This document shows, piece by piece, positions 50,489-63,200 of a stretch of DNA of 64,000 nucleotides. The translations under genes were made by a program, and so were the position numbers. The notes beneath the pieces were generated by a model that worked only from the letters and a program-made list of their open reading frames with translations, made no database searches and had not been told where the DNA came from. The DNA comes from Carcharhinus amblyrhynchos (lineage: Eukaryota): contig OZ336880.1 of assembly GCA_965287045.1 (NCBI GenBank), positions 48,546,001 to 48,610,000 of the forward strand, written 5' to 3'. Every line of letters begins with the position of its first letter. The first letter of the stretch is position 1.

Positions 50489-50972
50489 GAGCTAAGAATG
50501 AATATAGCATGGCTAACATTGAGCTAAGTGTGAATATAGCATAGCTAATATTGAGCTAAGCGAAAATATAGCATGGCTAACATTGAGCTAAGTGTGAATA
50601 TAGCATAGCTAACATTGAGTTAAATATGCATATAGCATGGCTAACACTGAGTTAAGTGTGAATATAGCATCGCTAACATTGAGCTAAGTGTGAATATAGC
50701 ATGGCTAACTGAGCTACGTGTGAATATAGCATGGCTAACATTGAGTTAAATATGCATATAGCATGGCTAACACTGAGTTAAGTGTGAATATAGCATAGCT
50801 AACATTGAGCTAAGTGAAACTATAGCATGACTAACATTGAGCTACGTGTGAATATAGCATAGCTAACATTGAGTTAAATATGCATATAGCGTGGCTAACA
50901 CTGTGTTAAGTGTGAATATAGCATGGCTAACGCTGAGTTAAGTGTGAATATAGCATGGCTAACATTGAGCTA
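50489..50972. repeat. 32-bp minisatellite, ~15 copies, in gad1 intron 5
   Basis: Consensus GAGCTAAGTGTGAATATAGCATGGCTAACATT; units start at 50489, 50521, 50553 ... 50935; one unit is 30 bp. Confidence 0.97.
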
Positions 50973-53567
50973 TGTATCTTGCCCTAAAGTTTGCCATAAC
51001 TCACTCCTTTCACTTCTAAGGAGTAGGGTCACACTCGTGTATCGAGACGCGATTTAATTCTTGTTGACCATGATATGACTTGTATATATCAGCAAATCAA
51101 AATATGGTTAGGTACGGAAATGAGAAAAGCATACCCAAATATAATTAAAGACTTTACTTCCCGCTGACTGAATAGGTAGTATTTTAAAACCATGATTACT
51201 AGCAGAAATCACTGTAGTTCTGTCCATAAACTACTGGAGAGCGCATGGGTAACGGCATACAAGAGTTCCACATCAAGCATTAAACCTTCATTTGCATTTA
51301 GTATTGGCTTATCGTCGTGATGAAACCGAAAGGCGATTATTTCTCTTGGGAGAGAAATCTTCGGTTTCGCCATTGGATGAAAAGGTATACTTATGGAGAA
51401 GATGTTTAATACGCCCACCCGCCCTGGGAACACCGTGACCAGGGGAAAGCTAATCCTTTTCTGGCTGTATTTTAACCCCGGCGATTCTCTCTGACTGGGT
51501 TTTTTAGTTTGGGGAAGATTTGATCAGTCAGTGATCTTTGCTGACATGATTCCTTTCAGTTACATCCTCCCCATTCCGGAACTCATCATGTTGTAATTAA
51601 CTCAACGCAGCCATGCGTTTGACTGCTCCTAACTTGACAGCAATCCGTACATGACACTGCTGCAATACCTGCTCCGGAAGGTGCTCTCCAAGTACCACAG
51701 GGATCTGTGGCATTCTGTCCAGCTATATCTGTAACCAGCATGTCAAGGCCCAATTTTGTTTTTAATGTTCAACTAGTTGTTTTGTAACCACGGTACACAA
51801 TAATTCAAACAGTTCGCTACATTAGGCTGGCGACTGGCGTCGAAGTGCTGTAGCTAACAACAACGCGGAATTCATGGTTTGACACCGTCATGGCCACAGC
51901 AACAGTACAGGACCCTAATTACCTTTGCGGCTAATAACAAATATAAGCATTTGCACAAAGCTACCGGGCACAAAATGTAAACGTGGAATGCCACGGTGAT
52001 GTATGTTATTTTCAACCTGGTAACTGTGCTTTAGGCAGAATATGACACATCCTATTGTGGGCATTTTTGCGCAGGGAAATATATATCGTTTTGCATAATA
52101 CATTGAGGTCAAACTGAGCTCCCTGCGCCAGATTATTTGTTCACGATCTTTGTGTTCCTCAGATTCCAACATTTGGTGCTGTCACTGGAGGACAGTGTCA
52201 GAAAGGCAGGATGGCTCCGCACCTTGTGCTCCTGTCTTGTTGCTGTTGCTTTGCTGTTGTCCCCTGGCAGTCTCCCATTGAACCCGTTTGCATTCTTTAA
52301 TCCAGTATTTCCAAACAAACAGGTGGGAAGGTGGCCCAATATATTTGCCAATCTTTACTAGGCTGCCTACTAAATAGATCACTGCCTCCGTTTGTCAATT
52401 TTATAGCACAAACCAAGTCAGTGTGTTTTAAACTGTGAGCAATTCATGTCAAAGGGGAGAGATCTTTCCCGTAAATTGTACAGTAATGTCCGGGTTACAC
52501 ATTACACCCAGCAATAAAATACAGCCAAGGTGACTGCTACTGTCCCTCTCAGTCCAGTATCAACCCAACTGATCCAATTCACTCGTTACACTGTAACTAA
52601 AGGATCGATCCACAGATTTACATTGTTAGATGTCGAATACCTTTGCCCTCGAAAGCCATGTTTCAGTATTTTTATTTCCAAGAACCGGCCTTTTTATTAT
52701 TTTGAAAATAAATACTGCCAGAAAAAAATCAAAGCGACAATTTAGCTCTGGATTGGAAGGAATTGTTCAAGTTCTTAACGTTTGTTTACATTTCTCAGAT
52801 AGAATAACGGTCGCAGCAAAATAATTGATGGTAAGCATAGTTGTGAATTTGCAATTCTAGCTGCCTGTGACAATCCATTGATTGGTGCCGATAAAGCCCA
52901 GTGAACGTAATATGCGTTTAAATAAAAGCCACTTAGAGAAAAAAGTCTAATTTTAAAACAGATTTACTTCATTATACATCGAGTCTTTGCCCGATAAACG
53001 CCAGACTCGTGTCAGTAAAAACAAAAGGAAATAGCGATTAGGAAAATTGAGCAGTAGATTTTGCGCACAGTTTTCTTTCTGACCAAAGCCTTCAGTACAG
53101 AGTAATTCTGCCTGGACCAACATTTCGTCAGCATACTCTTAATTAAGGATGAGATTTAACACGAATAGTTAACGCAGCTGCTTTGCGAGGGAATGGTTTG
53201 CAATGAGCATTTCCCAACAATGGCGAGTGACTGGCTTTCATTTGGCGGTTCCACTACCTAATTACCTTGTAGAGTCTTTTGGAATTGATGGGTAGCGGCA
53301 ACTTCACCCGACCAGGATCGATCCCTCCGACCTAAATAATGAAGCTTGATGCCAGACTTGTTTGAACAGGAGTTTGCTCTGAAAGGCTGATTCCAGATGT
53401 TTACACATATTTAATGGTGTTTCATTTCTACTTAAACACGTTTAAATTCGCCAAAATTCTGCTGATAAAACGCAGTGACAGAAAGATTTTACATCATTTA
53501 ATGTATTTTTTTGCTGAGTGCTGTTGTATCACAGCTTTCCAAAGCCTATCTTTCGTTTACCTAAAGA

Positions 53568-53792
53568 GAAAATGCTGGAAAATCTCAGCAGGTCTGGCAG
53601 CATCTGTAAGGAGAGAAAAGAGCTGACGTTTCGAGTCCAGATGACCCTCTATCAAAGCAGCTTTCACAAACGGTCATCTGGACTCGAAACGCCAGCCCTT
53701 CTCTCTCCTTACAGATGCTGCCAGACCTGCTGAGATTTTCCAGCATTTTCTCCTTTGATTTCAGATTCCAGCATCCGCAATAATTTGCTTTC
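53568..53792. mobile_element. Penelope-derived palindromic element (family A) in gad1 intron 5
   Basis: GAAAATGCTGGAAAATCTCAGCAGGTCTGGCAGCATCTGTAAGGAGAGA and its exact reverse complement, centred near 53660; AGCCTATCTTTCGTTT occurs on both flanks (~53543 and ~53793). Confidence 0.8.
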
Positions 53793-54335
53793 AGCCTATC
53801 TTTCGTTTGCCATTTTGTAAGAGAGCACCATTTCAGGGAACCTGTCGAATCACTTAGAAAATAGGTTAATGTGCAAACCTCTTCCTAGACTAAGAGAATG
53901 ACATGATAGTCTGTCAGATTGCTAAATTAAAGCGCATATCTTGAGTGAAGTGGGGATTTCTAAATTTATTGATTTTCAGATTTCTGCCCGGAATTTTGTG
54001 GAGCAAATTTGCAAAACGGGCTTTTATTAAATCAAAATTACAGAAAGCTAGGAGACCAAGTTGCATTTCCCATACTTACGGCGCTAAGTTTGTATTCATC
54101 CCGAACGACTTTTTTTATATAGAACAAACATTCATAAATGTATATCCAGTACCAGGAATAGAAGATGATTTACTGTCGCAGGAATAGAAGACTATTCACT
54201 GCAGGTGAAAAACTAAACGCCTGGAATGTTACCAGAAACAATCAGTTTCTGGCAAGAATCTAAAACCAACAGAACATGGGCTGAAACCCTTTCACTGATT
54301 AGGTTTCATTCTGCACCTCTGATGTTTCTTTTTAA

Positions 54336-54437
<102 letters not shown>

Positions 54438-55519
54438 TAAGTCCGCCATGCCCTTCGTTCCACCGCATCTGAGTGTCACAACAGCAAATGCACCAGTTCC
54501 CGAGTCTCCGGGAAGAACTCTACACTTCATCACAATGAGTGTATCAGAGAAAGCCACTTGTAGCCCTGCTCAAGATGCCTCAAGAACAATTTTACTGGCG
54601 ACCTGATTATCGGTCATACATTTGAATTCAAAATAAAATTTAAAAATTATGACAAATTGGAAAGTAACTCCTCCCACCGCCGCCCCCCACCGCTTCCTTC
54701 ATTAAGTTTTAGGAGAGAGATGGCGAGGCATTTTCATGGCTTGAATCCCGAAGAATTTTCCTGATCCCATGTCGATTTACTTGCTTTGCACAGCAGAGCG
54801 CGCTGTCCGGCACATTGCTGTGCGTACAAAGGCAGATTAGGATGAAAGGAAACATGACATGAAAAGTAGTGAGCTGTTATAAGCTTGAGGGTCATTGGGA
54901 ATGTGTAAAACTCGGTGCAGAGTATTGCCAAGGGTTTACTTGGATTGATGTTATCTGATGTCACATGTGAACATGTGTCAAATTGAACCAGGCGGATCTA
55001 AAATGGCCTGTGGAGGTCACACGTGGGGATCTTAGTCAGAAATGCCACGTTCCTCAGAGCCAAGGTCAGCATCACATTACTGTAATGTGGAATAAATCGG
55101 AAGGTTGTCGAAAATGCAAACCTCAGTGACGCTTCAAGACAAACCACAACATTAGGACAGGTGGACATGGGTTCAATCTGAAGAAGAATACATTCAGTTC
55201 CAATGTCTGGAGGTTCTTAGAACTAAGAGTGATTCAGAGTATGACAAAAAAGATTAATAAAACTGTGCTTAATAACCAGTATCCATCAGCATTAGCCCAG
55301 TGGTTTATTACAGTCATTTGAGTCTGATCCTCAGTGGCATTGGAGATCTGGATGTGTAAGTTTTGATTTATCCACAAGTCTCTCAACATACCACTGAAAC
55401 TTCTGAAAGTTCTCAGGAGGTCCAGCAGTCCTTTTGTGACTGTGAAAATGCAGCTTTCTGTTGGGCTCCTGAATTTCCTTGCTGCTGTTTTTGTTTGCCC
55501 CAAACATTGCAAGCTCAGT

Positions 55520-56152
55520 GCCCAATTTCAAAGCATGCATCCCACTCATTTTCAAAACTGTCCTCCTCCCCGGCATACTGCCCATCTCAGCTCTGACTTC
55601 ATCCCTCTTGTCAGTAAGACCTTTATCCATACTTCCCTTACCTATTGAGTTGACTTCCCCAATGTCCTGCTCATTGGCCTCCTAAGCTACATTTTACTCA
55701 CACTGACTCACAAAAATGTTCCACATTCTATCTCCCAGTGATTTCACATTTTCCTATATTAATCTCCCTCAGGGCCTTGCCCTAACACACTGAAATGAAC
55801 ATCCTCATAGTTATTTCTAAGTTCTTATGATTATCTCCCTGCTCCCCCATGCCACACTCACCATCCCCCCCCCACCCTCCACCCCCCCCGCCCCACTACT
55901 TCTGCACCCTCATCCAAAAATCAGTGTTCATTCTCTTCAATCTTTTTACTGTGACCTTTTATGCATCCCATCTTCCAATACTTCTACAACCTTCAGTCAC
56001 TGGTTCTAACTGAATCCTGGAACTTATCTTTCTGACCATGCATTTGGTTTTCTCTCTTATTTATTCAATTCTTGGCATCTGCTCTTTCTTGATGAAGCAA
56101 ATTAGGAGGGTTTATTATGTTAATGGTGCTATATAAATGCAATTTGTTATTC
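55520..56152 (+). mobile_element. Old L2-type LINE 3' end
   Basis: Pyrimidine-rich, 'ttcaaaact.tcctcc' (FK..LL) remnant, ends with 'gtgctatataaatgcaatttgttatt'. Confidence 0.5.
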
Positions 56153-56818
56153 TCTAGATACTGTTGGCTCATTTTACTCTACATTAAGCCACCCAGTGAT
56201 CCTTTCTTTCAAATAATTAGGCTGAAATGTGATCTGATTGAGGAGACAATGTATAGACTGCATTTTCCATTCACAACTACAGTAGGTTTCTTAAAGGCTG
56301 ACTGCTTTTCACTCTTAGTCTATTTGGTAATCATCATTTATAATTACATTTGACATTTATTGACTGCTATGGATTACAGAAACAAAACTGCCCTTGGGGG
56401 ATCATCACCTGGATAATTTTACATGAATGATTGCCTTTGGATTTTTGCAATCCAGTTCAATATTCTTAATTATCTCTGCTGGCTGCTTGTCTATATTTAT
56501 TTTGTTCAGTGGGACTGTCTGCGAGTTCACGTAACGGGCAATCCAGGTTATTTACAATGACATGTTTACAAGTGATCTATCATGGCGCTGAACCTTTTCT
56601 AAAATAAAATTAATTGAATTGTGCTGGGTGAATGGCAGATACGCCTATATTTTACAGTTAGGGGAAAGTATTGCCTTGCCTTTTAAATATCTTCAGCTGC
56701 GAATAATTTTGATCTATTGGTCATAAATGAATGACATACAACCTTCCATCAAAAGCATTATGATTAAAGATGAGATGGTGGCTCAGAAGACTAGTTACAA
56801 GTAATACTTATCCTACAG

Positions 56819-56931
56819 GTTTACATACGAAATAGCACCAGTGTTTGTCCTCATGGAACAAATCACACTGAAGAAAATGCGAGAGATAATTGGTTGGCCC
56901 AGTGGGGACGGTGATGGAATCTTTTCACCTG
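56819..56931 (+). CDS. GAD1: GAD67 exon 7 (113 nt)
   Basis: ctacag/gtaggt; [37 protein letters not shown]. Confidence 0.98.
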
Positions 56932-57481
56932 GTAGGTAATATGATCAATTTATTTTGGTAAGACTCTCAATCTGTAACAGTGTAGCCATGGAAAATGGAT
57001 TTTGCTGTCAAGCCAGTGAAAGCAAGTACATAATTTTAACTATAGCAAAAAATCCAACTTGACAATTATTTTTCAGCACACTAGTGAGATGCTGTTTCCC
57101 TATTTTCAATATATTAGCCTTCTTGTAATTCAATACAGATATTTAATTGAGCAAAGATACTTGGAAACTTAGGCTAAGAATAAACAATCACTCTAAGTTT
57201 AACAACCTAAGCAACATTCTAGATCAAAGATTAGGATCCCACACTTTCACTGAACTGGGATTTCTCTTAGTTTAAAAAAATGCCTTTCCTATATAAGACT
57301 AATAAATATGATTTAGGTTTTCAATGTTAAGCGAAAGACGCTCAGTTTAAGACAATATTTGTTCTTTTGAGGAAATTTGAATATTGTTTGTTTTAATGTC
57401 ATCACTGGGATATGTTCAGCTATGAGCGTCAAGTACTGTGGCGATGGTGGTTTGTTGGGATTCCTGGACATCCTCAAAAAT

Positions 57482-57775
57482 CATAAAATCTCTACAGCAC
57501 AGAAGCAGGCCATTCAACCCAGCAAGCCTGCACTGACAAACAATCCCTCCCAGTCCCTATCCCCGCAACTCCATGTAGTTACCCTGCTCATCCCCTTGAC
57601 ACTGAGGGGCAATTTAGTATGGCCCATCAACCTAATCCGCACGTCTTTGGACTGTGGGAGGAAACCCACGCAGACACGGGAAGAACATGCAAATTGCACA
57701 CAGTGACCCAAGGCTAGAATTGAACCCGGGTCCCTGTCGTTGTGAGGCAGCAGTGCTAACCACTGTGCCAGCCCA
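57482..57775 (-). mobile_element. HE1-type tRNA-derived SINE
   Basis: Minus strand TGGCACAGTGGTTAGCACTGCTGCCTCACAAC..GGGACCCGGGTTCAATTC (A and B boxes), V-domain 'gtttgcatgttct', CR1-like tail 'gttgaatggcctgcttctgtgctgtagatt'. Confidence 0.85.
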
Positions 57776-58136
57776 ATCATAGCCAAATGAGTTTCAAAAA
57801 ATGGGGAATGATCTTACAGTCACGTTTCATGCCTATTTTCCTTATTGAAATCACACTCACCATTAATTAAAATGGACTCTTGTTCTATAACCCTTTTAAG
57901 CAGACATGTGCAGAAATCATTGCATTCTGTTGTGAGGTTAGGCCAATGCTGAATGCAGGACATACTAAGTGCCCTATTGAAAAGTGACTTTATAAAGGAT
58001 CACATTTCAAACTATCTCATTTTTATATACTCTAAACTCAGGAACACTTAAATATCGTTGAAACTATTGAGAAACACAATTAGGAAATGTTTGGAAGGGT
58101 CACTTTAAGATGCTCCCACTTGATTTGTTTCTTTAG

Positions 58137-58252
58137 GAGGGGCTATATCAAATATGTACAGCATAATGGCTGCTCGCTACAAGTATTTCCCAGATGTTAA
58201 AGTCAAAGGCATGACTGCAGCTCCTAAACTGATCCTTTTCACCTCAGAGAAC
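58137..58252 (+). CDS. GAD1: GAD67 exon 8 (116 nt)
   Basis: ctttag/gtaagt; [39 protein letters not shown]. Confidence 0.98.
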
Positions 58253-58355
58253 GTAAGTTGTGTGCTCCTTCAAATTTATTCTCGTATTGTTTCTTTCATT
58301 ATGCTTGTACATGTTTTCTAAAATAAGTGATTTGGAATATATTTGTTCATTGCAG

Positions 58356-58435
58356 AGCCATTATTCAATAAAGAAAGCCGGGGCTGCACTTGGATTTGGA
58401 ACAGACAATGTGATTTTATTAAAATGTGATGAAAG
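58356..58435 (+). CDS. GAD1: GAD67 exon 9 (80 nt)
   Basis: ttgcag/gtaaaa; [27 protein letters not shown] (contains His291). Confidence 0.98.
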
Positions 58436-58586
58436 GTAAAAACCAATACGTTGCCATTGAGCTGACGTGAATCATACATATGTTAAGAATGCTACTTGAT
58501 TGGAAAATTATAATGTTATTATCTGCTGATTTTCTAGCCAGGGCAATTGTGGTTTTTAACATATTTTGTTCCTAAAATGTTTACAG

Positions 58587-58641
58587 AGGGAAAATAATGC
58601 CGTCTGATTTAGAAGCAAAAATTATTGAAGCTAAACAAAAG
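58587..58641 (+). CDS. GAD1: GAD67 exon 10 (55 nt)
   Basis: ttacag/gtatgt; GKIMPSDLEAKIIEAKQK. Confidence 0.97.
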
Positions 58642-58824
58642 GTATGTGCCGACATTTAATCCAATTATTTATTCCCCTTTCCTCACTTTAATAAGAGAAT
58701 GTATTTTGTTGTTAACTCCCATTTTTATTTTCCAACTTTTCATTACAGGAGGCAAGACGTGCATTTCAACGTTTTGTTCAATTGGGACGTTAGAAAAACA
58801 AAATAAACTTGCTTATTTTTACAG

Positions 58825-58941
58825 GGATATATTCCAATTTATGTTAATGCAACTGCAGGAAATACCGTGTATGGTGCATTTGATCCCATTGAAGAAATTG
58901 CCGATATCTGTGCAAAGTATAATCTTTGGCTCCACGTTGAT
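58825..58941 (+). CDS. GAD1: GAD67 exon 11 (117 nt)
   Basis: ttacag/gtaagt; [39 protein letters not shown]. Confidence 0.98.
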
Positions 58942-59032
58942 GTAAGTCTTATTTAAAATTTTTAATTTTAAAATGATCATATTTGTACATCTGCAAAACG
59001 GTTCCAATTATCCTATTTTCACTTATTTGTAG

Positions 59033-59097
59033 GCTGCATGGGGAGGTGGACTTCTGATGTCCAGAAAGCATCGCCATAAACTGAATGGCATTGAAAG
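59033..59097 (+). CDS. GAD1: GAD67 exon 12 (65 nt)
   Basis: ttgtag/gtaatt; AAWGGGLLMSRKHRHKLNGIER. Confidence 0.98.
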
Positions 59098-59437
59098 GTA
59101 ATTTCTGAGAATGTATACTGGTTATTCAATGGTGGCATCAATGGCTGCTAACTCTGAATGAATGTATTCATTGAATTTCCATCAAGACCTCCCATCTCCA
59201 TCTGCCCAATCTAATAAAACAGCCTTTTAACCTATCTCCCATAGTTTTATAAATAAATGTTCGCAGAAGATGAAAAGTTTAACATTTTCTTTAATTCCCT
59301 ATCAATGTTTTACTGGCTCGTTTTCAGTGATGTCCAAGAGAGTAATCTTTAATTCCTAGAGACGCCAGGATAATCATGGAGAATTGGCAAGCCTAATGGC
59401 AGTGCAGCTGGACAATATGAAAAATAAAAGATGACAT

Positions 59438-59760
59438 GATAGCATGGTGGTTAGCAGTGCTGCCTCACAATGCCAGGGACCGGGGTTCGATTCTGGCCTT
59501 GGGTCACTGTCTGCGTGAGTTTGCATGTTCTGCCCATGTTTGCGTGCATTTCCTCTGGGTGCTCCGGTTTCCTCCCAAGTTCAATGATGTGCAGGTTAGG
59601 TGGCTTGGCCATGCTAAATTGCTCCTTAGTGTCCCAAGATGTGTAGGTTAGGCAGATTAGTGGGGTAAAAATGTGAGGTTATGGGGATCAGGCACCCAAG
59701 GCAAGGTGTTTTGTCAGAGAATCAGTGCAGACCAAATGGGCTGAATGGTATCCTATGATT
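59438..59760 (+). mobile_element. HE1-type tRNA-derived SINE
   Basis: GTGGTTAGCAGTGCTGCCTCACAATGCCAGGGACCGGGGTTCGATTC head; 'gagtttgcatgttct', 'ctccggtttcctccca', 'ggccatgctaaattgc' core; 'atgggctgaatgg' tail. Confidence 0.85.
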
Positions 59761-60219
59761 CTCTCATGCTCTAAATCTTTCAATCTCCTTTTTCCCTCAT
59801 CTTCTCTGTGTTTTTCCCTTTGCTTATCACTTCTGTATCCACTTTAAATAAATCAATGAATTATTGGCCTGGAAATAGTGGGTTGACTTGCCTCATGGTG
59901 TGTCTAAATTTTCTATAGTTCTAGAAGCTACAACCTATTGGATAAAAATCAACTAATTGGGTTTTTCTGATAAGTTCATAGGATGCTGATAATTATTTTG
60001 GTTATGCTTCAAAATTAAAAATATGTTTTGATCACATGTTTTACATATTTCCAATGTGGCTGTTTTCAGATTGGGTTGTACTGCATGATTGATCTAAGCA
60101 TGTAACCATTAAAACATTGTGCTCTTATGGACCAATCAAACAAATAACAAATAATACGCAAACATTTTTAACATACCTTAAATGTATGTGATGTCATTAC
60201 AGACTGATTTTTTTTCCAG

Positions 60220-60298
60220 AGCCAACTCAGTCACTTGGAATCCGCACAAGATGATGGGAGTTTTGTTGCAGTGTTCAGCTATTCTTGTCCGAGAAAAG
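60220..60298 (+). CDS. GAD1: GAD67 exon 13 (79 nt) with PLP Schiff-base Lys405; gene continues beyond the window
   Basis: ttccag/gtattt; [26 protein letters not shown]; the Lys codon AAG at 60248-60250 is codon 405 of the spliced frame. Confidence 0.98.
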
Positions 60299-63200
60299 GT
60301 ATTTACTTGAATTAAAATACATAAACTAGCTTCTCTGGTTACAGTTGCCACAACACAGTCAGGATAATTTAGTTCTGTTACAGCACAATTCTATACATGT
60401 ATTCAGTTCTAAAACAAACAGAATTAACTATGCTGGCAAATGATTATGAATCACAATAGTTCTGCCATTTTCATTTTGCTAAAACTTTCTTTAAGAAATC
60501 CTTTGTTCGTTCCAAATGTAACACGATTTTGCATGTTGTAAAGGGGGAAGTGTACAATGAATCATATATCATAGAATTCATTTTGTTTCTCTACCTGTTC
60601 AAAACTGGTGGCAAGAGCCTTGAAAGGAAAACTTTTTGCACAACATTTTAGAGTTCAGATCATTTGGCCTGAAGGGGGAGCACTGCCTTAGTTTGCATGG
60701 AGCTTTGCACTACAGAGAAAATTCTCCATGGGGTTTACTGGTTAACCTTTTACTAATGGGCGTGGGTATTAGCTGGTAACATATCTGAGTGCAAGAATCA
60801 CAAATTTCACTCTAGCAAGTCTTTGTTCTCAGATTTACCCACCAATGTTCAGGGTTTTAAATTGAGTTTTATCTCTGAGCTCACAATCTTCAGTCAAATA
60901 TTCAGCAAGCTTTACTTATTTCCCTGAATTAATAATTAGTAGACTGGATCATGCAGTTGGTCAGCTTGGTTTTGCTTTGGAATTCAAATTTGTATTCAGA
61001 CCAAACTGATGGATGTTTCTTTGTGGGTAATGATATCCTCAGGGAAATGAGTTTGAGAACAGATTCACAGCACAAAACACCAAGAAACAATTATAATTTT
61101 AAATATGCTAATGATGTGATTTTGATGTTGGGATACAGCAAGTTTTACCTTTCAGCAGACACATACCAGTTGATGTTTGTTGCCCTCACTGGATGCTGAA
61201 TATTCTGTTTCCAGGCAAGGGCATACTTCACCTGTTGATCATTGAATAAAATCTAACAACGATTTTAGTATATTCTTGTCTGGTTGCCATTTTCTTTTAA
61301 TTTTTGTCCATTCATAGAATTCTCAGTATTCAGTGTCATAGCGCTTGTGATGATTGTATCTCTGCACGGAAAACAATTCAACCCCAGCCAATTAGGAAAA
61401 ATACTAAGCAAGGCTATTACTTCAATTTCTTTCTACTCCTGACTATTCTATGCCTCTCATCTTTGTTTGTCTTTGACCCTCTCTTAATCAGTCAAATGCA
61501 TTGTGTGTCTTTGATTCTGTCATTAGTGGCAGCCAAGTTTCAATTCAGATTCAGTTTGTGGCGTATACAATGTGCTTTCATCATGGTTCAAGCTCCAAAG
61601 CATAAATGATTTCCTTTTGCTCATGTACTTAGATTCAGGATCAAATTGTGAAGTTGATTTGTATAATTAAAGTAAATCAGTTAAGTTACATAGAGATGCA
61701 ACTTATTTTGATAACTGTTGAAAAGCAACCAGAAGAGAGATGGCTCCATGGGAAGCAAATTTTATTGCTTATGCCTTTTACATAGTAACTTGGAATTAGC
61801 AGTTGGTAATGGGTGAGCTTGGTATGTAGTATTAAATAGGAACGTACAGAACAACAAAATCTGGCCCCTGGAAGTTGTCCTACTACAGTCATTTCACTAT
61901 TCTAAAAATGGGTAATTCATGAAGGGACTGTGAAGTTTGAGGTAATACTGATGAATGGCATTATATGGAGCTCAGAAATGTGGATGTATATTTGGGTGGT
62001 TTCATGATAGGATTCAGAGAAATGCACCCCAAACTAAGGGAAGCACAATTTGATGGAAAATGGTGTATAGCCAAGACAATGATGCAAAGGTTGGGCAGGT
62101 ATTTACGTTCTCCCCCTCAGATTTGAAAGCTGGGGCATAAAGTCAAGTGGGTATTCTTGAGCCCCCTACCACTCTCCCTGACCTATCTGAAAATTTACAA
62201 GAGGCAGAGGAGGCATTGTACAGCCATCCAGGTGTTGGTCCTATTGAGGCCCTTAATTGGTCAATTAATAAGCACTTGAGGGCATCACCCTGTCACTGCC
62301 AGTATTTTGTCCTCAGTGGAGAGGCCCAGGCCACACAGGATCCCTTTAGCAGGTGACAGAAAAGGCAAGAGACCTTCTTTGTGGTCCTTGTTGGACCTTA
62401 AGCTCACCTCCCTTTAACCCTCCCCTTTGACCCTCTCTAGCCCCCCACAACCCCTACCCTCCCTCCCACCACCCTGCAGTTGACGATGAATTATATTGCT
62501 CACAACACTTGTTGAGTTGAGCTACCAGTTCTGATTGTTTTCTTGTCAAGAGTTCCAACCAGGATTTGATAGTTACCTCATCACATACCTTGAGATGGGA
62601 GATTGCAATTCAGTCGATCTGCTGTGCAGAGATTTAGTAATCCTGCATCAAAGCCTATAGAGTCACAATGTGTTTGGCATCTTTTGGGATTTTTGCACTG
62701 AATAATTTCTTGGGTTCATAGTCATTGATGGAACCAGTTAGTCTACCTTCCATCTCCTTTTATTGGTTGTGTAACCTTTTCTTCTCAATGCCTAGGAAAG
62801 CAAAATCCATAGATCATAAAAATGAACCTTTCTCTGGCGTGGCAAGGATACTGAAATGTATCATGCATCAGAATATGATTGTCTTCCCTATGAAAGGTGG
62901 ACTGAAAATATACCAGTTGGACCAAGAACCTGACTCTTAAACCAGCAAGATGGCTTTATTTAAGTAAAAGAAATAAATGAACCACTAACAGCCTAAGAAG
63001 GCAAATTACACACTTTGCTTTTCTCCTTGTTACATAAAATAATGAAGAATCATTCCCCTTTCTTTCCAAACATAATCCATAAAAACAGTAGTTCACTAGA
63101 TGTAGCGAAGTTTCAATCTGACCTACTTTGCTTGCTGAACTGGCACAGACTTAGAACACACAGCTCTCCCGCTGCTACCTTTCAGTGCCTTCCTTAAACA

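Noticed and set aside
50489-50972. CRISPR-like array of ~32-bp repeats
   Set aside because: Units are contiguous with no unique spacers, there are no cas genes, and the context is a vertebrate intron; it is a minisatellite.
57700-59500. tRNA genes suggested by A/B boxes near 57770 (-) and 59445 (+)
   Set aside because: Both continue into SINE core and tail sequence; they are HE1-type SINE heads.
61205-61250. ttccag followed by AAG GGC ATA CTT CAC (KGILH) as possible GAD1 exon 14
   Set aside because: The frame stops within a few codons and lacks GCNQM..YLFQPDK; the true exon 14 appears to lie beyond the window.
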